Both the position numbers and the translations under genes were made by a program. A DNA stretch of 64,000 bases from NCBI GenBank assembly GCA_964016885.1, contig OZ024740.1:344596001-344660000 (forward strand), in the 5' to 3' direction. Numbering within the stretch: the first letter of the stretch is position 1; every line of letters begins with the position of its first letter. Origin of the DNA: Eledone cirrhosa. Taxonomy: Eukaryota. Below, piece after piece: positions 38,795 through 52,207 of this stretch. The notes beneath the pieces are model-generated. The model did no database searches. It was given only the letters and a program-made list of their open reading frames with translations, and had not been told where the DNA came from.

Positions 38795-41700
38795 GGCGAC
38801 CTACGTAGTAAATCGTATCATCGTGAGCTCCACAAAGGTTTGTTATTTCCGTTTGTTAAAAATTGCCATTTATGGAAAATTTTATTGTTAATCATGTATA
38901 AGAGCACATACATTGTTTTCCGAAAAGGACACCCAAAAAGATTGGGGCCTTGTGCCCCAAATTTAAACTTTTATTATTATCAAAAAATGTCTTTGAAAAA
39001 AAATGGCTAATTCACCTCTGCACCAAGCAGCTGAAAGCCTTTCTCACAAATTAACACCTCACACCGACACCACCATTGTAAATGTTACTACGTTTGCCAA
39101 CACTAAAAAAAAAAATATAAGCACTAGCAATATTTTAAATTTGTCTCAGGCAGACATTCATTTCCCGCCATTACCAATGACTGTAGGTGTTAAAGCCTCC
39201 ACCACCTCCACCACCACCACCACCACCACAGCGACAACAGAAACAAAAGAAAAAATTAAATTAACTCGTGATATCGAAATGAATTCAACCAAAATGAACT
39301 CTTCCACACCGAACACCACTGACGCCACCAACACCACAACTGAAACTAAAATTAACAATAACAAAAATAACGATAACAACAACAGCAACAATGAAATTAA
39401 GAAAACCAGCCTGAGTTTTGCCAGAGTAGCAACACAGTGCGAAGCATTCCAGGTAACTCAGGAGGAAATAGAAGAAGCCAAAAAAATGGTAAAGAAAGAT
39501 GAGTACAGGGTCAATCCCCCTCCCCCACCTAATAAAATGGAGCATCGGCGCTAATGCACCGTGTCTTATCGGACGATTAACATAAAATCGCGCCGAGTGG
39601 AACGGGCATCCGAGTCCCAAATCCAAAAAGCTTTGGGACATGTGTGGGCAAAAAATCCAACATCAGACGTGGGCAGAAATATGGAACCGTGGACGTGTTC
39701 TTTGAAACACCACAGGAGGCCAGAGAACACACCATGACCCCATTAAGAAGTGACGACTTCACACTCGTCCCAAGCTATTGTGGCCAGAGACTCGTGAAGA
39801 TCAGGTTGACCCACGTTCCACCGGCCATCGAAATTCCCTGGCTAATAGCTGCCGTCCTCGCCGGCATCGAAGCCAACACCAAGATAATCGAAATAGCGAA
39901 AGAAAAGCAGGAGAACTGGTCCGGATCTGGGATGGAGCTCCTGATCCAAGCGGACCAAAAAAGCATTAAGGAGATCCCAGAGGTAATAGACCTCACTGAC
40001 CGCAGCCACCTCACCGTAATCGTCGAGGGAAGAAGACCTAGGTGTGTCGTTTGTGGTGAAGGAACCCACCTAAGGGCTGGCTGCCCTCAGGCTAAAAGGT
40101 TGAGGCCACCTCTCTTACCCACCCCAGTGACTCAACCATCAACACCACCAGCAACAGAGATGGCAGCAACAACTGTAGCAGCAACAACAGAAGCAACTGT
40201 AACAGCAACAAACCCAGCAACAGTAGCAAAACCAACACCACCACCACCCAACGCACCAGAACTAGCACCAGTGCCTACACCATCCACCACGCCACAACCA
40301 AAACCAACGCCTGTGGAGGATTTTCCACTGCCCGGCCTATCACAACTGGAGACATATTGTGACGACGAGGAGTGAGAAACCGTATCAGGAAAAAAAAGAA
40401 AAAAAAAAAAAGAAACCAAAAAAGCAAGAATTCTCTTCCATCCCCATCCAAAACAAAATACAGAGGGAAACAAATAAACTATCAAACAAAAAAGTTAGGA
40501 CAGATATGCCACCATCCACACCAGCATCACCAACCCCATCACCACAAACACCAACACCACCATCGCCATCATTAACCCCAACACCACCATCACCAACACC
40601 AGAAAAGTCACCAAAATGCCAAACAGAAACAAACCCACAACAAACGCAAACAAAACAAAACAACCAAAATGATACACACTACACAGCATTAAATTTGAAC
40701 AACAACCAATTATTACACTACATCCAACACATCACCATCATCACAGAAAAAGACTACACAACACCCCAAAAGTTCACACCACCTCCACACATACAAATCA
40801 CACGCATCACACAGAAAACGTACACGATACTAAAAAAAAATTCTGAAAAGTACTCTCCAGGAGGATTTATAAGGACATCCTTCTGGAGGAGGCCACAAGC
40901 AGTGAAAAGGATGGAGAAACCATCCTTCCTCTGCGAGAAGTAAGGTAAGTGGTCTTTCCCATCTTTTGCACTCCATTTCAACATGATCTCACTCAGAATA
41001 GGCAGCATAAATGCGCGTGGCTTGGGGTCGTCATGGAAGCAGGCCACCTGCTCAACAACCTCAGGTCACTAAACATAGATGTAGTGGCCATCAGCGAGAC
41101 CAGATTCTCCGAAGCACGGGTCTTCGCACTGATCTTCGGAGGCTACGATGTGTACGCATCTCCCAGCCGTCCTGGATCGAGGGGGGGGGGGAGTTGCTGT
41201 GATTTTTCGGAGAGGTTTGGATCTCGCCATACGGGCCACCTTCCTGGACCCAGACGATAAGTTGGTGGTGCTGGACTTGACCAGCGGAGACGGGCAAGCT
41301 TTCTAGCTAGTGGCCGTCTATGCACCGACAGGAGCAGGACGGCCTGATTTCTTCCGGCGTCTAGAGACCTTTCTTGGAATAGTCCCGCTTTTTAGTGCGA
41401 CTGGAACGGGAACTTAGATGCACGCTGGGACTGTGTGTGATTAGCGGATAGGGGAGGAGGGTGCAAGAGGCTCACCAACCTGCTCAGGCGTTTTGAACTG
41501 TCTGACAGATACCGATTGGATTTCCCGAATGTACCAATGTGGACTTGAACAAATCGCATAGGGTCATCCAGATCATATCTAGATAGAGTATTTTGTAGGG
41601 AAATAGATAGGTCTGTCATAGGTTGTCCACAATTCAAGATAGTCAGCTACACGGACCACAAATTCGTGATCTGTGTGCTTGACTTAGATAGGCTTCATAG

Positions 41701-44639
41701 ACGAGGACCCGGCTACTGGAAGCTAAACGCGTCTTTACCAGCGCGCAAGGCCTACAGAGACCGGATTAGCGAACTAGTTAAGCGGGCGTTGACGGGGGCC
41801 ATCGTCAACAACAAGTGGTGGTTTGCTCTGAAAAGAGCGATTGAATAATGTCCATTAGGTTTAGTAAGGATTTAGCAATAGAGACAAATAGAGCAGAGGG
41901 AGAACTAGTTAGCAAATTAAACGAGGCGCTTCGCAAAGGCATCGCGACCGACCTACTTGCGGCGAAATTGACCCTTGACGAATTCTTCAATGCAAAGCAC
42001 GAAGGCTGCGTTGTCAGAGCTAGAGTGCATGCTCTCAGACAAGAGGGGACGAAAGCCGTTCAATGGGCCCGAGTGGCGGAGGCGCGACGTGGCAACAAAC
42101 CACGATCCGGTCTTTGGTGGACCACGACGGGCGCATGCTACTCGATCCCGGGCAAATGTGTGAAGCTTTCCAGCGACACTTCGCCCAGCTGTTCGGGCGC
42201 AGCGGCGGGCCGGATCGAGGGATGGACTTTAGTGTCAACCTCGACGGAATGCCGCGGCTCTCGGCCACTGAAGCGGAGTGTTGCAAATAGCAGATAACAG
42301 CCGCTGAAGTACGGGAGGCAATGACAGGCTGCACAAGGGGTAAATCGCCTGGTTTGGATGGTCTGCCCTATGAACTTTACGTACAGATGCCAGACTTTTT
42401 CGGAGGCCTCTTGGCGGACATCTACTGCAACTGGCAACAGAATGGGAGAATTCCCAGCTCTGTGAGTCGAGGAGCTGTGGCGCTGCTGAGAAAGGATCCG
42501 AACAAGGGGGATAACATAGATAATTTCAGGCCCATAACTCTGCTAAACACAGGGTTCAAGATTTTGACCAAGGTGCTAGCAAAGAGGTTGGCGCTTGTCG
42601 TTGCTGGTCTGCTGGGATAGGCGCAGACGTGCGCCATTCCCGACAGATCCATCCACGACAAACTCCACCTCATGCGATACATCGTAGAGAGGGTAGCTAG
42701 GGAACCTTGCACGGATGGGTCCTTGGTCAATTTAGAGCAGTCGAAAGCTTTCGATAGGGTCGATCATCGTTACCTAGCGGCAATCATGAGGGCGGCTGGC
42801 TTTGGGCCCGTCTTCAGAGGCTGGATCGCTGCCATGCACAGCGACATCTGCTCTGTGGTGAGAGTGAACGGTCACCTTTCGGAACCGTTCAACATCATGC
42901 GCTCGGTCCGCCAAGGATGTCCCCTCTCGTCCCTCTTGTACGTATTGACTCTCGAGCCATTACTGCCCAAACTGGAGACGTTGAGGGTGGGGGGAACTAG
43001 GATGCGGAAGGTCCGTGTCAGCATATGCGGACGATGTCACCGTAGTGGTGTCGAACCCCAAACATATCGAGGCGATCGGCACTACACTAAGAGAATACGA
43101 AGCGGTGACAGGAGCAATGATCGACCAGGAAAAGTCAGTGGGCCTGCAGCTCGGCACCTGGAGAGGCAGGTCCATGCCGTCCAACAGCGTCGTCGGTCGC
43201 TGGACGGACGGTCCGGTTAAATTGCTCGGGGTCTGATTCGGTCCGGACCTCCAGACGGACAAAAACTGGGACGAGGTGACGAGCAGGGTGGCTTCTCTCT
43301 CCCAGAAATGGGCGGAGACGAAGCTATCCCTGAAAGGTCGAGCGGAGGTGGCTAACGCGTACATCGCGTCCGTCATCTACTACCGCTTGACCGTCGTACC
43401 TTGTCCTAAGCCTCGCCTGACTGCGCTGGGGTGTTTGCGCTTTCGCTTTTTGTGGAAGGGACGCTCTCCGATGGTCAGGCGGTCCATTTGCTTTCATAAC
43501 CCGCTACGTGGAGGGCTGGGCATGCCGTGGTTGATGATGCGCAGACATGCGCTCAGGCTACGACATATCCACCTCTTCCTCGACGGTGAACAGGTGTGGT
43601 CGCCGTTTGCTAGACGCTTCTTTCCCCATTCGTCTCCTTGACGGAGCTGCAGTCCTGGGGTCAAGCGAAGACGGAGAGTGAGCGCTTGGAGACAGGAATG
43701 TCTTCAGGCGCTCACAGCCCTCGACCAATCGGGCAATGTGATCGGTGGAAACTCCACATTGGCGTTCTATAGAGGATTAGTGGAGGGGAAGAGCGATGCC
43801 GTACTTGGAGAAACTCTAGGCGTCGACGAAAATCAACTAGACAACCTCTTCGGAAGAACTTTCGGGCCAGGGCCTATGGACAACTTCCAGAAATCCGTGG
43901 CCTGGCAGTGCTACCGAGGAGCTTTGCCAGTTCGGGATAAACTCTATTGGCATGGAGGTGCCGTCAACCGGGCATATCCGAGATGCGCAGAGGGCGAAGA
44001 AACCGTCCTGCACGCACTCGTCCAGTGTCCGAGTATTGCTGACTTGTGGGTTTATGTCGAACACCTGCTGTCACGTGTAGGACGGATCCAGCTATCATCT
44101 GAGTCCATCGTGAGGATTGCCCCACCCTCTTCCTTTAGCCGGGAAGGGCATGCAATTTTTATGTCTGGTGGCCATGACGAAAGAGATAGTATGATGGACA
44201 CGTTTGAAAGGGCTGAAGACGAGCACTTACCTCTTCGGTGATGCCCTGATAATCTTTATCAAATTTCATTTGAAAAGGAAAATCAGGGTAGAGAGGGGAG
44301 TGCTCTCTTCCCAGCATTTTGTTGAAAGATGGGTGAGAGAAGCAAGTATGGCCCGAGTGAATGGGCCTACGCTGAGTATGTGTCTGTAAATTAAAGGTGG
44401 AAAACTGGGAGAGGGCACTTGCCCTGGTGGTCAGGGTCACTGTGGCCTTTTAATAGGCTTTCTCCACAAATGTCCCTCCGAAGTCTCCCACCTATTGGGA
44501 AATTTTTCATTGTTATTTTTTTGTTACATCCTCTGTTTTTGTTTTTTTTACACGCAGAAATGCCCATTGTACCGTCCTGTATTGTCCTGCACTGTCCTTA
44601 ATGTCTACTTTATGTAAACCCTTGTGGTTAATAAAGAAA

Positions 44640-44641
<2 letters not shown>
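38795..44641 (+). mobile_element. Tx1-clade LINE copy B2 (chimera: B3-type 5' end, B1-type body)
   Basis: 38795 to ~39207 matches 44684 to ~45096. The remainder is nearly identical to B1, including its stops and frameshifts. Confidence 0.92.
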
Positions 44642-44683
<42 letters not shown>

Positions 44684-47600
44684 GGCGACCTACGTAGTAA
44701 ATCGTATCATCGTGAGCTCCACAAAGGTTTGTTATTTCCGTTTGTTAAAAATTGCCATTTATGGAAAATTTTATTGTTAATCATGTATAAGAGCACATAC
44801 ATTGTTTTCCGAAAAGGACACCCAAAAAGATTGGGGCCTTGTGCCCCAAATTTAAACTTTTATTATTATCAAAAAATGTCTTTGAAAAAAAATGGCTAAT
44901 TCACCTCTGCACCAAGCAGCTGAAAGCCTTTCTCACAAATTAACACCTCACACCGACACCACCATTGTAAATGTTACTACGTTTGCCAACACTAAAAAAA
45001 AAAATATAAGCACTAGCAATATTTTAAATTTGTCTCAGGCAGACATTCATTTCCCGCCATTACCAATGACTGTAGGTGTTAAAGCCTCCACCACCTCCAC
45101 CACCACCACCACCACCACCGCGACAACAGAAACAAAAGAAGAAAAAATAAATTAACTTGTGATGTCGAAATGAAATCAAGTAAAATGGACTCTTCCCCAC
45201 CAAAGACGACTGACGTAACCACCACCACAACTGAAACTAAAATTAATATTAACACAAAAACGATAGCAACAACAACAACAATGACATTATAAAAACCCCC
45301 CTCAGTTACGCCAGAGTAGCAAATCAGTTCGAAGCATTTACGGTAACTCAGGAGGATTTAGAAAATGCCAAACAAATGGTAAAGAAAGCTGGTTACAGGG
45401 TCAGCCCCCCCCCCACCTAATAAAATGGAGCATCGGCGCCTATGCACCGTGTCGTATCGAACGATAAATGTAAAATCGCGCCGAGTGGAACGGACATCTG
45501 AGTCCCAAATCCAAAAAGCTTTGGGACATGTGTGGGCAAGAAAAATCCACATCAGACGTGGGCAGAAGTATGGAACCGTGGACGTGTTCTTTGAAACACC
45601 AGAGGAGGCTAGAGAACACTCCATGGCCCCATTAAGAAGTGACGACTTCACACTCGTCCCAAGCTATTGTGGCCAGAGACTCGTAAAGATCAGGGTGACC
45701 CACGTTCCACCGGCCATCGAAATTCCCTGGCTAATAGCGGCCGTCCTCGCCGGCATCGAAGCCAACACAAAAATAATAGCAATAGCAAAAGAAAAGCAGG
45801 AGAACTGGTCCGGATCTGGGATGGAGCTCCTGATCCAAGCGGACCAAAAAAGCATTGAGGAGATCCCAGAGGTAATAGACCTCACTGACGGCAGCCTCCT
45901 CACGGTAATTGTCGAGGGCAGAAGACCTAGGTGTGTCGTTTGTGGTGAAGGAACCCACCTAAGGGCTTTCTGCCCTCAGGCTAAAAGATTGAGGCCACCT
46001 CTCCTACCCACCCCAGTGACACAACCATCAACACCACCAGTAGCAGAGATGGCAGCAACAACTGTAGCAGCAACAACAGAAGCAACTATAACAGCAACAA
46101 CCCCAGCAACAGTAGCAAAACCAACACCACCACCACCACCAGCAAAACCAACACCACCGCCACCCAACGCTTCAGAACTAGCACCAGCGCCTACACCATC
46201 CACCACGCCACAACCAAAACTAACGCCTGTGGAGGATTTTCCACTCCCCGGCCTATCACAGCTGGAGACAGATTGTGACGACGAGGAGTGGGAAACGATA
46301 TCCGGGAAAAAAAATAAGAAACCAAAAAAGAAAAAATTCTCTTCCATCCCCCTCCAAAAACAAAATACAGAGGGAAACAAATAAACTAAGAAACAAAAAA
46401 GTTAGGACAGATATGCCACCATCCACACCAGCATCACCAACCCCATCAACCCAAACACCAACACCATCACCATCATTAACTCCAACACCACCATCACCTA
46501 CACCACAAAAGTCACCAAAATGCGAAACAGAAACAAAACCACAACGAACGCAAACAAAACAAAACAACCAAAACGATACACACTACACAGCATTAAATTT
46601 GAACAACAAGCAATTATTACACTACATCCAACACAACACCAGCATCACAGAAAAAGACTACACAACAACCCCAAAATTCACACCACCTCCACACATACAA
46701 ATCACTCGCATCACACAGAAAACGTACATGACACTAAAACAAAAATTCCCCAAAGACATCGGAGACTTCCGACAAGCACTCTCCAGGAGGATTTATAAGG
46801 ACATCCTTCCTGAGGAGGCCACAAGCAGTGAAAAGGATGGAAAAACCGTCCTTCCCCTACGTGAAGTAAGGTAAGTGGTCTTTCCAATCTTTTCCACTCC
46901 TTTTCAACATGACCTCACTCAGAATAGGCAGCATAAATGCGCGTGGCTTGGGGTCGTCATGGAAGCAGGGCCACCTGCTCAACGACCTCAGGTCACTAAA
47001 CATAGATGTAGTGGCCATCAGCGAGACCAGAATCTCCGAAGCACAGGCTTTCGCACCGATCTTCGGCGGCTACGATGTGTACGCATCTCCCAGCCGTCCG
47101 GGATCGGGGGGGAGGAGTTGCTGTGCTTTTTCGGAGAGGTTTGGATCTTGACATACGGGCCATCTTCCTGGACCCAGAAGGTAAGTTGGTGGTGCTGGAC
47201 GTGACCAGCGGAGACGGGCAAGCTTTCAGGTTAGTGGCCGTCTATGCCCCGACAGGAGCAGGACGGCCTGATTTCTTCCGGCGTCTGGAGACCTTTTTTG
47301 GAACGTCCCGCTCTTTAGTGTTAGTGGGCGACTGGAACGGGATCTTAGATGCACGCTGGGATTGTGTGGGATTAGTGGATAGGGAAGGAGGGTGCAAGAG
47401 TCTCACCAACCTGCTCAGACGTTTTGAACTGTCTGACAGGTACCGAATGGATTTCCCGAATGTACCAATGTGGACTTGGACAAATCGCATAGGGTCATCC
47501 AGATCATATCTAGATAGAGTATTTTGTAGGGAAATAGATAGGTCTAGCATAGGCTGTCCACAATTCAAGATAGTCAGCTACACGGACCACAAATTCGTGA

Positions 47601-50539
47601 TCTGTGTGCTTGACTTAGATAGGCTTCATAGACGAGGAGCCGGCTACTGGAAGCTAAACGCGTCCTTACCAGCGCGCAAGGCCTACAGAGACCGGATTAG
47701 CGAACTAGTTAAGCGGGCGTTGACGGGGGCCATCGTCAACAACAAGTGGTGGTTTGCTCTGAAAAGAGCAATTAGAATAGAGTCCATTAGGTTTAGTAAG
47801 ACTTTAGCAATATAGAAAAATAGAGCAGAGGGAGAATTAGTTAGAAAATTAGATGAGGCGCTTAGCAAAGGCATCGCGACCGACGTACTTTCGGCGAAAT
47901 TGGCCCTTGACGAATTCTTCAATGCAAAGCACGAAGGCTGCGTTGTCAGAGCTAGGGTGCGTGCTCTCAGACACGAGGAGACGAAAGCCGTTCAATGGGC
48001 CCGAGCGGCGGAGGCGCGTCGTGGCAACAAAGCCACGATCCGGTATTTGGTCTACCACGACGGGCGCATGCTACACGATCCAGGGCAAATGTGTGAAGCT
48101 TTTCAGCGACACTTCGCTCAACTGTTCGGGGGCAACGGCGGGTCGGATCGAGGGATGGACTTTAGTGTCTACCTCGACGGACTGCCGCGGCTTTCGGCCA
48201 CTGAGGCGGAGTGTTTCGAAAAGCCGATAACAACCGCTGAAGTACGGGATGCAATGACTAGTTGCACAAGGGGTAAATCGCCTGGTTTGGATGGTCTGCC
48301 ATCTACTGCCATCTACTGCCATCTACTGCAACTGGCAACAGAACGGGAGAATTCCCAGCTCTGTGAGCCGAGGAGCGGTGGCGCTGCTGAGAAAGGATCC
48401 GAACAAGGGGGATAACATAGATAATTTTAGGCCCATAACTCTGCTAAACACAGAGTTCAAGATTTTGGCCAAGGTGCTAGCAAAGAGGTTGGCGCTTGTC
48501 GTTGGTGGTCTGGTGGGAGAGGCACAGACATGCGCCATTCCTGACAGATCCATCCACGACAACCTCCACCTCATGCGATACATCGTAGAGAGGGTAGCTA
48601 GGGAACCTGGCACGGGTGGGTCATTGATCAATTTAGATCAGTCGAAAGCCTTCGATAGGGTCGACCATCGTTACCTAGAAGCAGTCCTGAGGGCGGCTGG
48701 CTTTGGGCCCATCTTCAGAGGCTGGATCGCTGCCATGCACAGCAACATCTGCTCTGTAGTGAGAGTGAACGGTAACCTTTCGGAACCGTTCAACATCATG
48801 CGCTCGGTCCGCCCAGGATGTCCCCTCTCGTCCCTATTGTACGTATTGACTCTCGAGCCATTACTGCACAAACTGGAGACGTTGAGGGGGATCCCGCGCG
48901 AACTAGGATGCGGAAGATCCGTGTCAGCATATGCCGACGATGTCACCGTAGTGGTGTCGAACGCCAAACACATGGAGGCGATCGGCACTACACTAAGAGA
49001 ATACGAAGCGGTGACAGGAGCAATGATCAACCAGGAAAAGTCAGTGGGCCTGCAACTCGGAACCTGGAGAGGCAGGTCCATGCCGTCCAACAGCGTCGTC
49101 GGGCGCTGGACAGACGGACCAGTTAAATTGCTAGGGGTCTGGTTCGGTCCTGACCTCCAGACGGACAGAAACTGGGACGAGGTGACGAGCAGGGTGGCTT
49201 CTCTCACCCAGAAATGGGCCGAGAGGAAGCTATCCCTGAAAGGTCGAGCGGAGGTGGCTAACACGTACATCGCGTCCGTCATCTACTACCGCCTGACCGT
49301 CGTACCATGTCCTAAGCCCCGCCCGACTGCGCTGGAGCGTTTGCTCTTTCGCTTCTTGTGGAAGGGACGCGCTCCGATGGTCAGGCGGTTCATCTGCTGT
49401 CAACACCCGCTACGTGGAGGGCTGGGCATGCCGTGGCTGATGATGCGCAGACACGCGCTCAGGCTACGACATCTCCACCTCTTCCTCGACGGTGATCAGG
49501 TGTGGTCGCCGTTTGCTATACACTTTTTTCCCCAGCTCGTCTCCTTGACGGAGCTGCAGTCCTGGGTCAAGCGAAGACCGAGAGGGAGCGCTTGAAGACT
49601 GGAATGTCTTCAGGCGCTCACAGCCCTCGACCAATCGGGCAATGTGATCGGTGGAAACTCCACCTTGGCGTTCTATAGGGGATTAGTGGAGGGGAAGAGC
49701 GACGACGTACTTGGAGAAACTCTAGGCGTCGACGAAAATCAACTAGCTAATCTCTTCGGAAGGACTTTCGGGCCGGGGCCTATGGACAACTTCCAGAAAT
49801 CCCTGGCCTGGCAGTGCTACCGGGGTGCTTTGCCAGTTCGGGATAAACTTTACAGGCATGGATGTGCCGTCATCCGGGCATGTCCGAGATGCGCACAGGG
49901 CGACGAAACCGTCCTGCACGCACTCGTCCAGTGTCCGAGCATTGCTGACTTGTGGGTTTATGTCGAACACCTGCTGTCACGTGTAGGACGGATCCAGCTA
50001 TCAGCTGAGTCCATCGTGAGGATTGCCCCGCCCTCTTCCTTTAGCCGGGAAGGGCAGGCAGTTTTTATCTGTCTGGTGGCCATGGCGAAAGAGATAGTAT
50101 GGTGGACACGTTTGAAAGGGCTGAAGACGAGCACTTACCTCTTCGGTGATGCCCTGATTAACTTTTTCAAATTTCATCTGAAAAGGAAAATCAGGGTAGA
50201 GAGGGAAGTGCTCTCTTCCCAGCATTTTGTTGAAAGATGGGTGAGAGAAGCAAGTATGGCCCGAGTGAATGGGCCTTCTCTGAGTATGTGTCTGTAAATT
50301 AAAGGTGGAACACTGGGAGAGGGCACTTGCCCTGGTGGTCAGGGCCACTGTGGTCTTTTAATGGGCTTTCTCCACAAATGTCCCTCGGAAGTCTCCCCCC
50401 TATTGGAGAATTTTTCTTTGTTATTTTATTTCATCTCTGTTTTTTTTACACGCAGAAATGCCCATTTGTACCGTACTGTATTGTCCTGTACTGTCCTTAA
50501 TGTCTACTTTATGTAAACCCTTGTGGTTAATAAAGAAAA

Positions 50540-50540
<1 letters not shown>
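44684..50540 (+). mobile_element. Tx1-clade LINE copy B3 (best preserved)
   Basis: ORF1 ends TAA at 46874 and ORF2 ATG is at 46909. Long open segments 47075-47815, 48291-49595 and 49644-50297. CCHC CPRCAQGDETVLHALVQC. (ATT)n at 50541-50603. Confidence 0.92.
46909..50297 (+). pseudogene. Tx1 ORF2 (AP endonuclease, reverse transcriptase, zinc finger) with a few lesions
   Basis: SINARG, ISET, VYAP, GDWN, YLDR, TDH; LDQSKAFDRV, GCPLS, YADD, LLG; CX2C..H..C. Confidence 0.9.
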
Positions 50541-50603
<63 letters not shown>

Positions 50604-50914
50604 TTTATTGAAGCCATACCTACTAAAGGGAATAGTGAAGCAACGTGTTATTCCTAATCCTGGAATTATTATGCGATTTTGAAGTTTCCAAAATTCTCTA
50701 CCAGAAACTTCAGTGATATTTCTGTGTTGTGCACTTCGTGTACATTCTTTACGGTATCTAATCTACATTTAGAATCTGGCCAAATGTGTTAGACTGTTTA
50801 TGCTTAATTTTCATCTTACCTGGTTCAATAAATCTGATGAGTTTGCAATAATCGGATATAGTACAAAGGGCTGGGCTCATGTGTCACTCACATGGAAAAT
50901 CTAAAACCCCTGAA

Positions 50915-51097
50915 ATAATTGTTTCTACTTTTGGCACAAGGGCAGCAATTATCCATTACATTACTGGTACTTTATTTTATCGACCCCGTAAGGATGAAAG
51001 GCAAAACGTACCTAGGCGTAGATTGAACTAAAAAAACGTAAAGTAACGTAACTATATACCACAAATATGTTGATCGAGGCTCTAACAGTACTGCCAA
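50915..51097 (-). mobile_element. SINE copy
   Basis: TTTCTACTTTTGGCACAAGGGCAGCAATT..ACTGGTACTTTATTTTATCGACCCCGTAAGGATGAAAGGCAAA. Confidence 0.8.
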
Positions 51098-51603
51098 TGA
51101 AATAATAAAATGAAATCCCAAAGCATCGTAAATTTAATATATTGTTTTGATTCATGTATAGGTATTTGTATCTACAATTCAAATTTCATGTTTAAATCCC
51201 TGTACGTTTTCATTATTGCCATTGCTAGTCTTTTGCAACAGGTTATTATAGCGAGTATGTCGAATTTATATTTATTGATTTTTTTTATATCAATCGATAT
51301 TTTTCCTTTTTTATATATATACTTTATTTTTAGGTCGAGTTCGTATTAAACAAATCCTTTAATTTTCTTACATCTGATATATTAAGAAACCATATCATCT
51401 ATTTTCAAATAATAACCAAGTTACGACAACAATTTCCCTAACTGCCAGATTCAACTACAGTTTTCACAATTTCATCAAATCAACACCGATGCAAAATACT
51501 GTATCTTAAATTTTTCAATTGCTTTTCTAGTGGAGATTAAAAGGTCATTCTTTAAGCATATTATCGTATGAGAATTAGACTATATATATATATGTGTGTG
51601 TGT

Positions 51604-51689
<86 letters not shown>

Positions 51690-52106
51690 GTGTGTGTGTG
51701 GGCATATATATATATATACACATACATATGTGTGTGCATATAAATATATATATATATAAATATGTGTGTGTGTGTGTGTGTGTGTGCATAGAGGCATAGA
51801 GGCATAGAGAGACAGAGAGTGTGGGTTGGATGATGAGAATGACACAAAGATAATGAAAAAGTGTACTAGCCGCCGAAATATCATTAAACTTCATGTGATA
51901 ACTTAATACAAGCGTGTTTCTATTTATTTTATTTTTTGCATTCATTTGTTTCTTCTTAGTTCGTTCTTAGTTTTAAATCCAATTTAATCTGTAAAATTCA
52001 TGTCAAGAGGGGACAAATTCTTTTCCTCGACTTTTGTTTTGGTGTCAGTTTGTAGGCTTTTAATATCTTGGCAATAAGCTTAACATTTCTTTGAGGGATA
52101 CTACAG

Positions 52107-52160
<54 letters not shown>

Positions 52161-52167
52161 ATAATAA

Positions 52168-52198
<31 letters not shown>

Positions 52199-52207
52199 AA
52201 TTATAAT

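Noticed and set aside
32906-50603. CRISPR-like or telomeric interpretation of the repeat-separated array
   Set aside because: The separators are simple (ATT)n tails between LINEs. There are no spacers or cas genes and no telomeric repeat or chromosome end.
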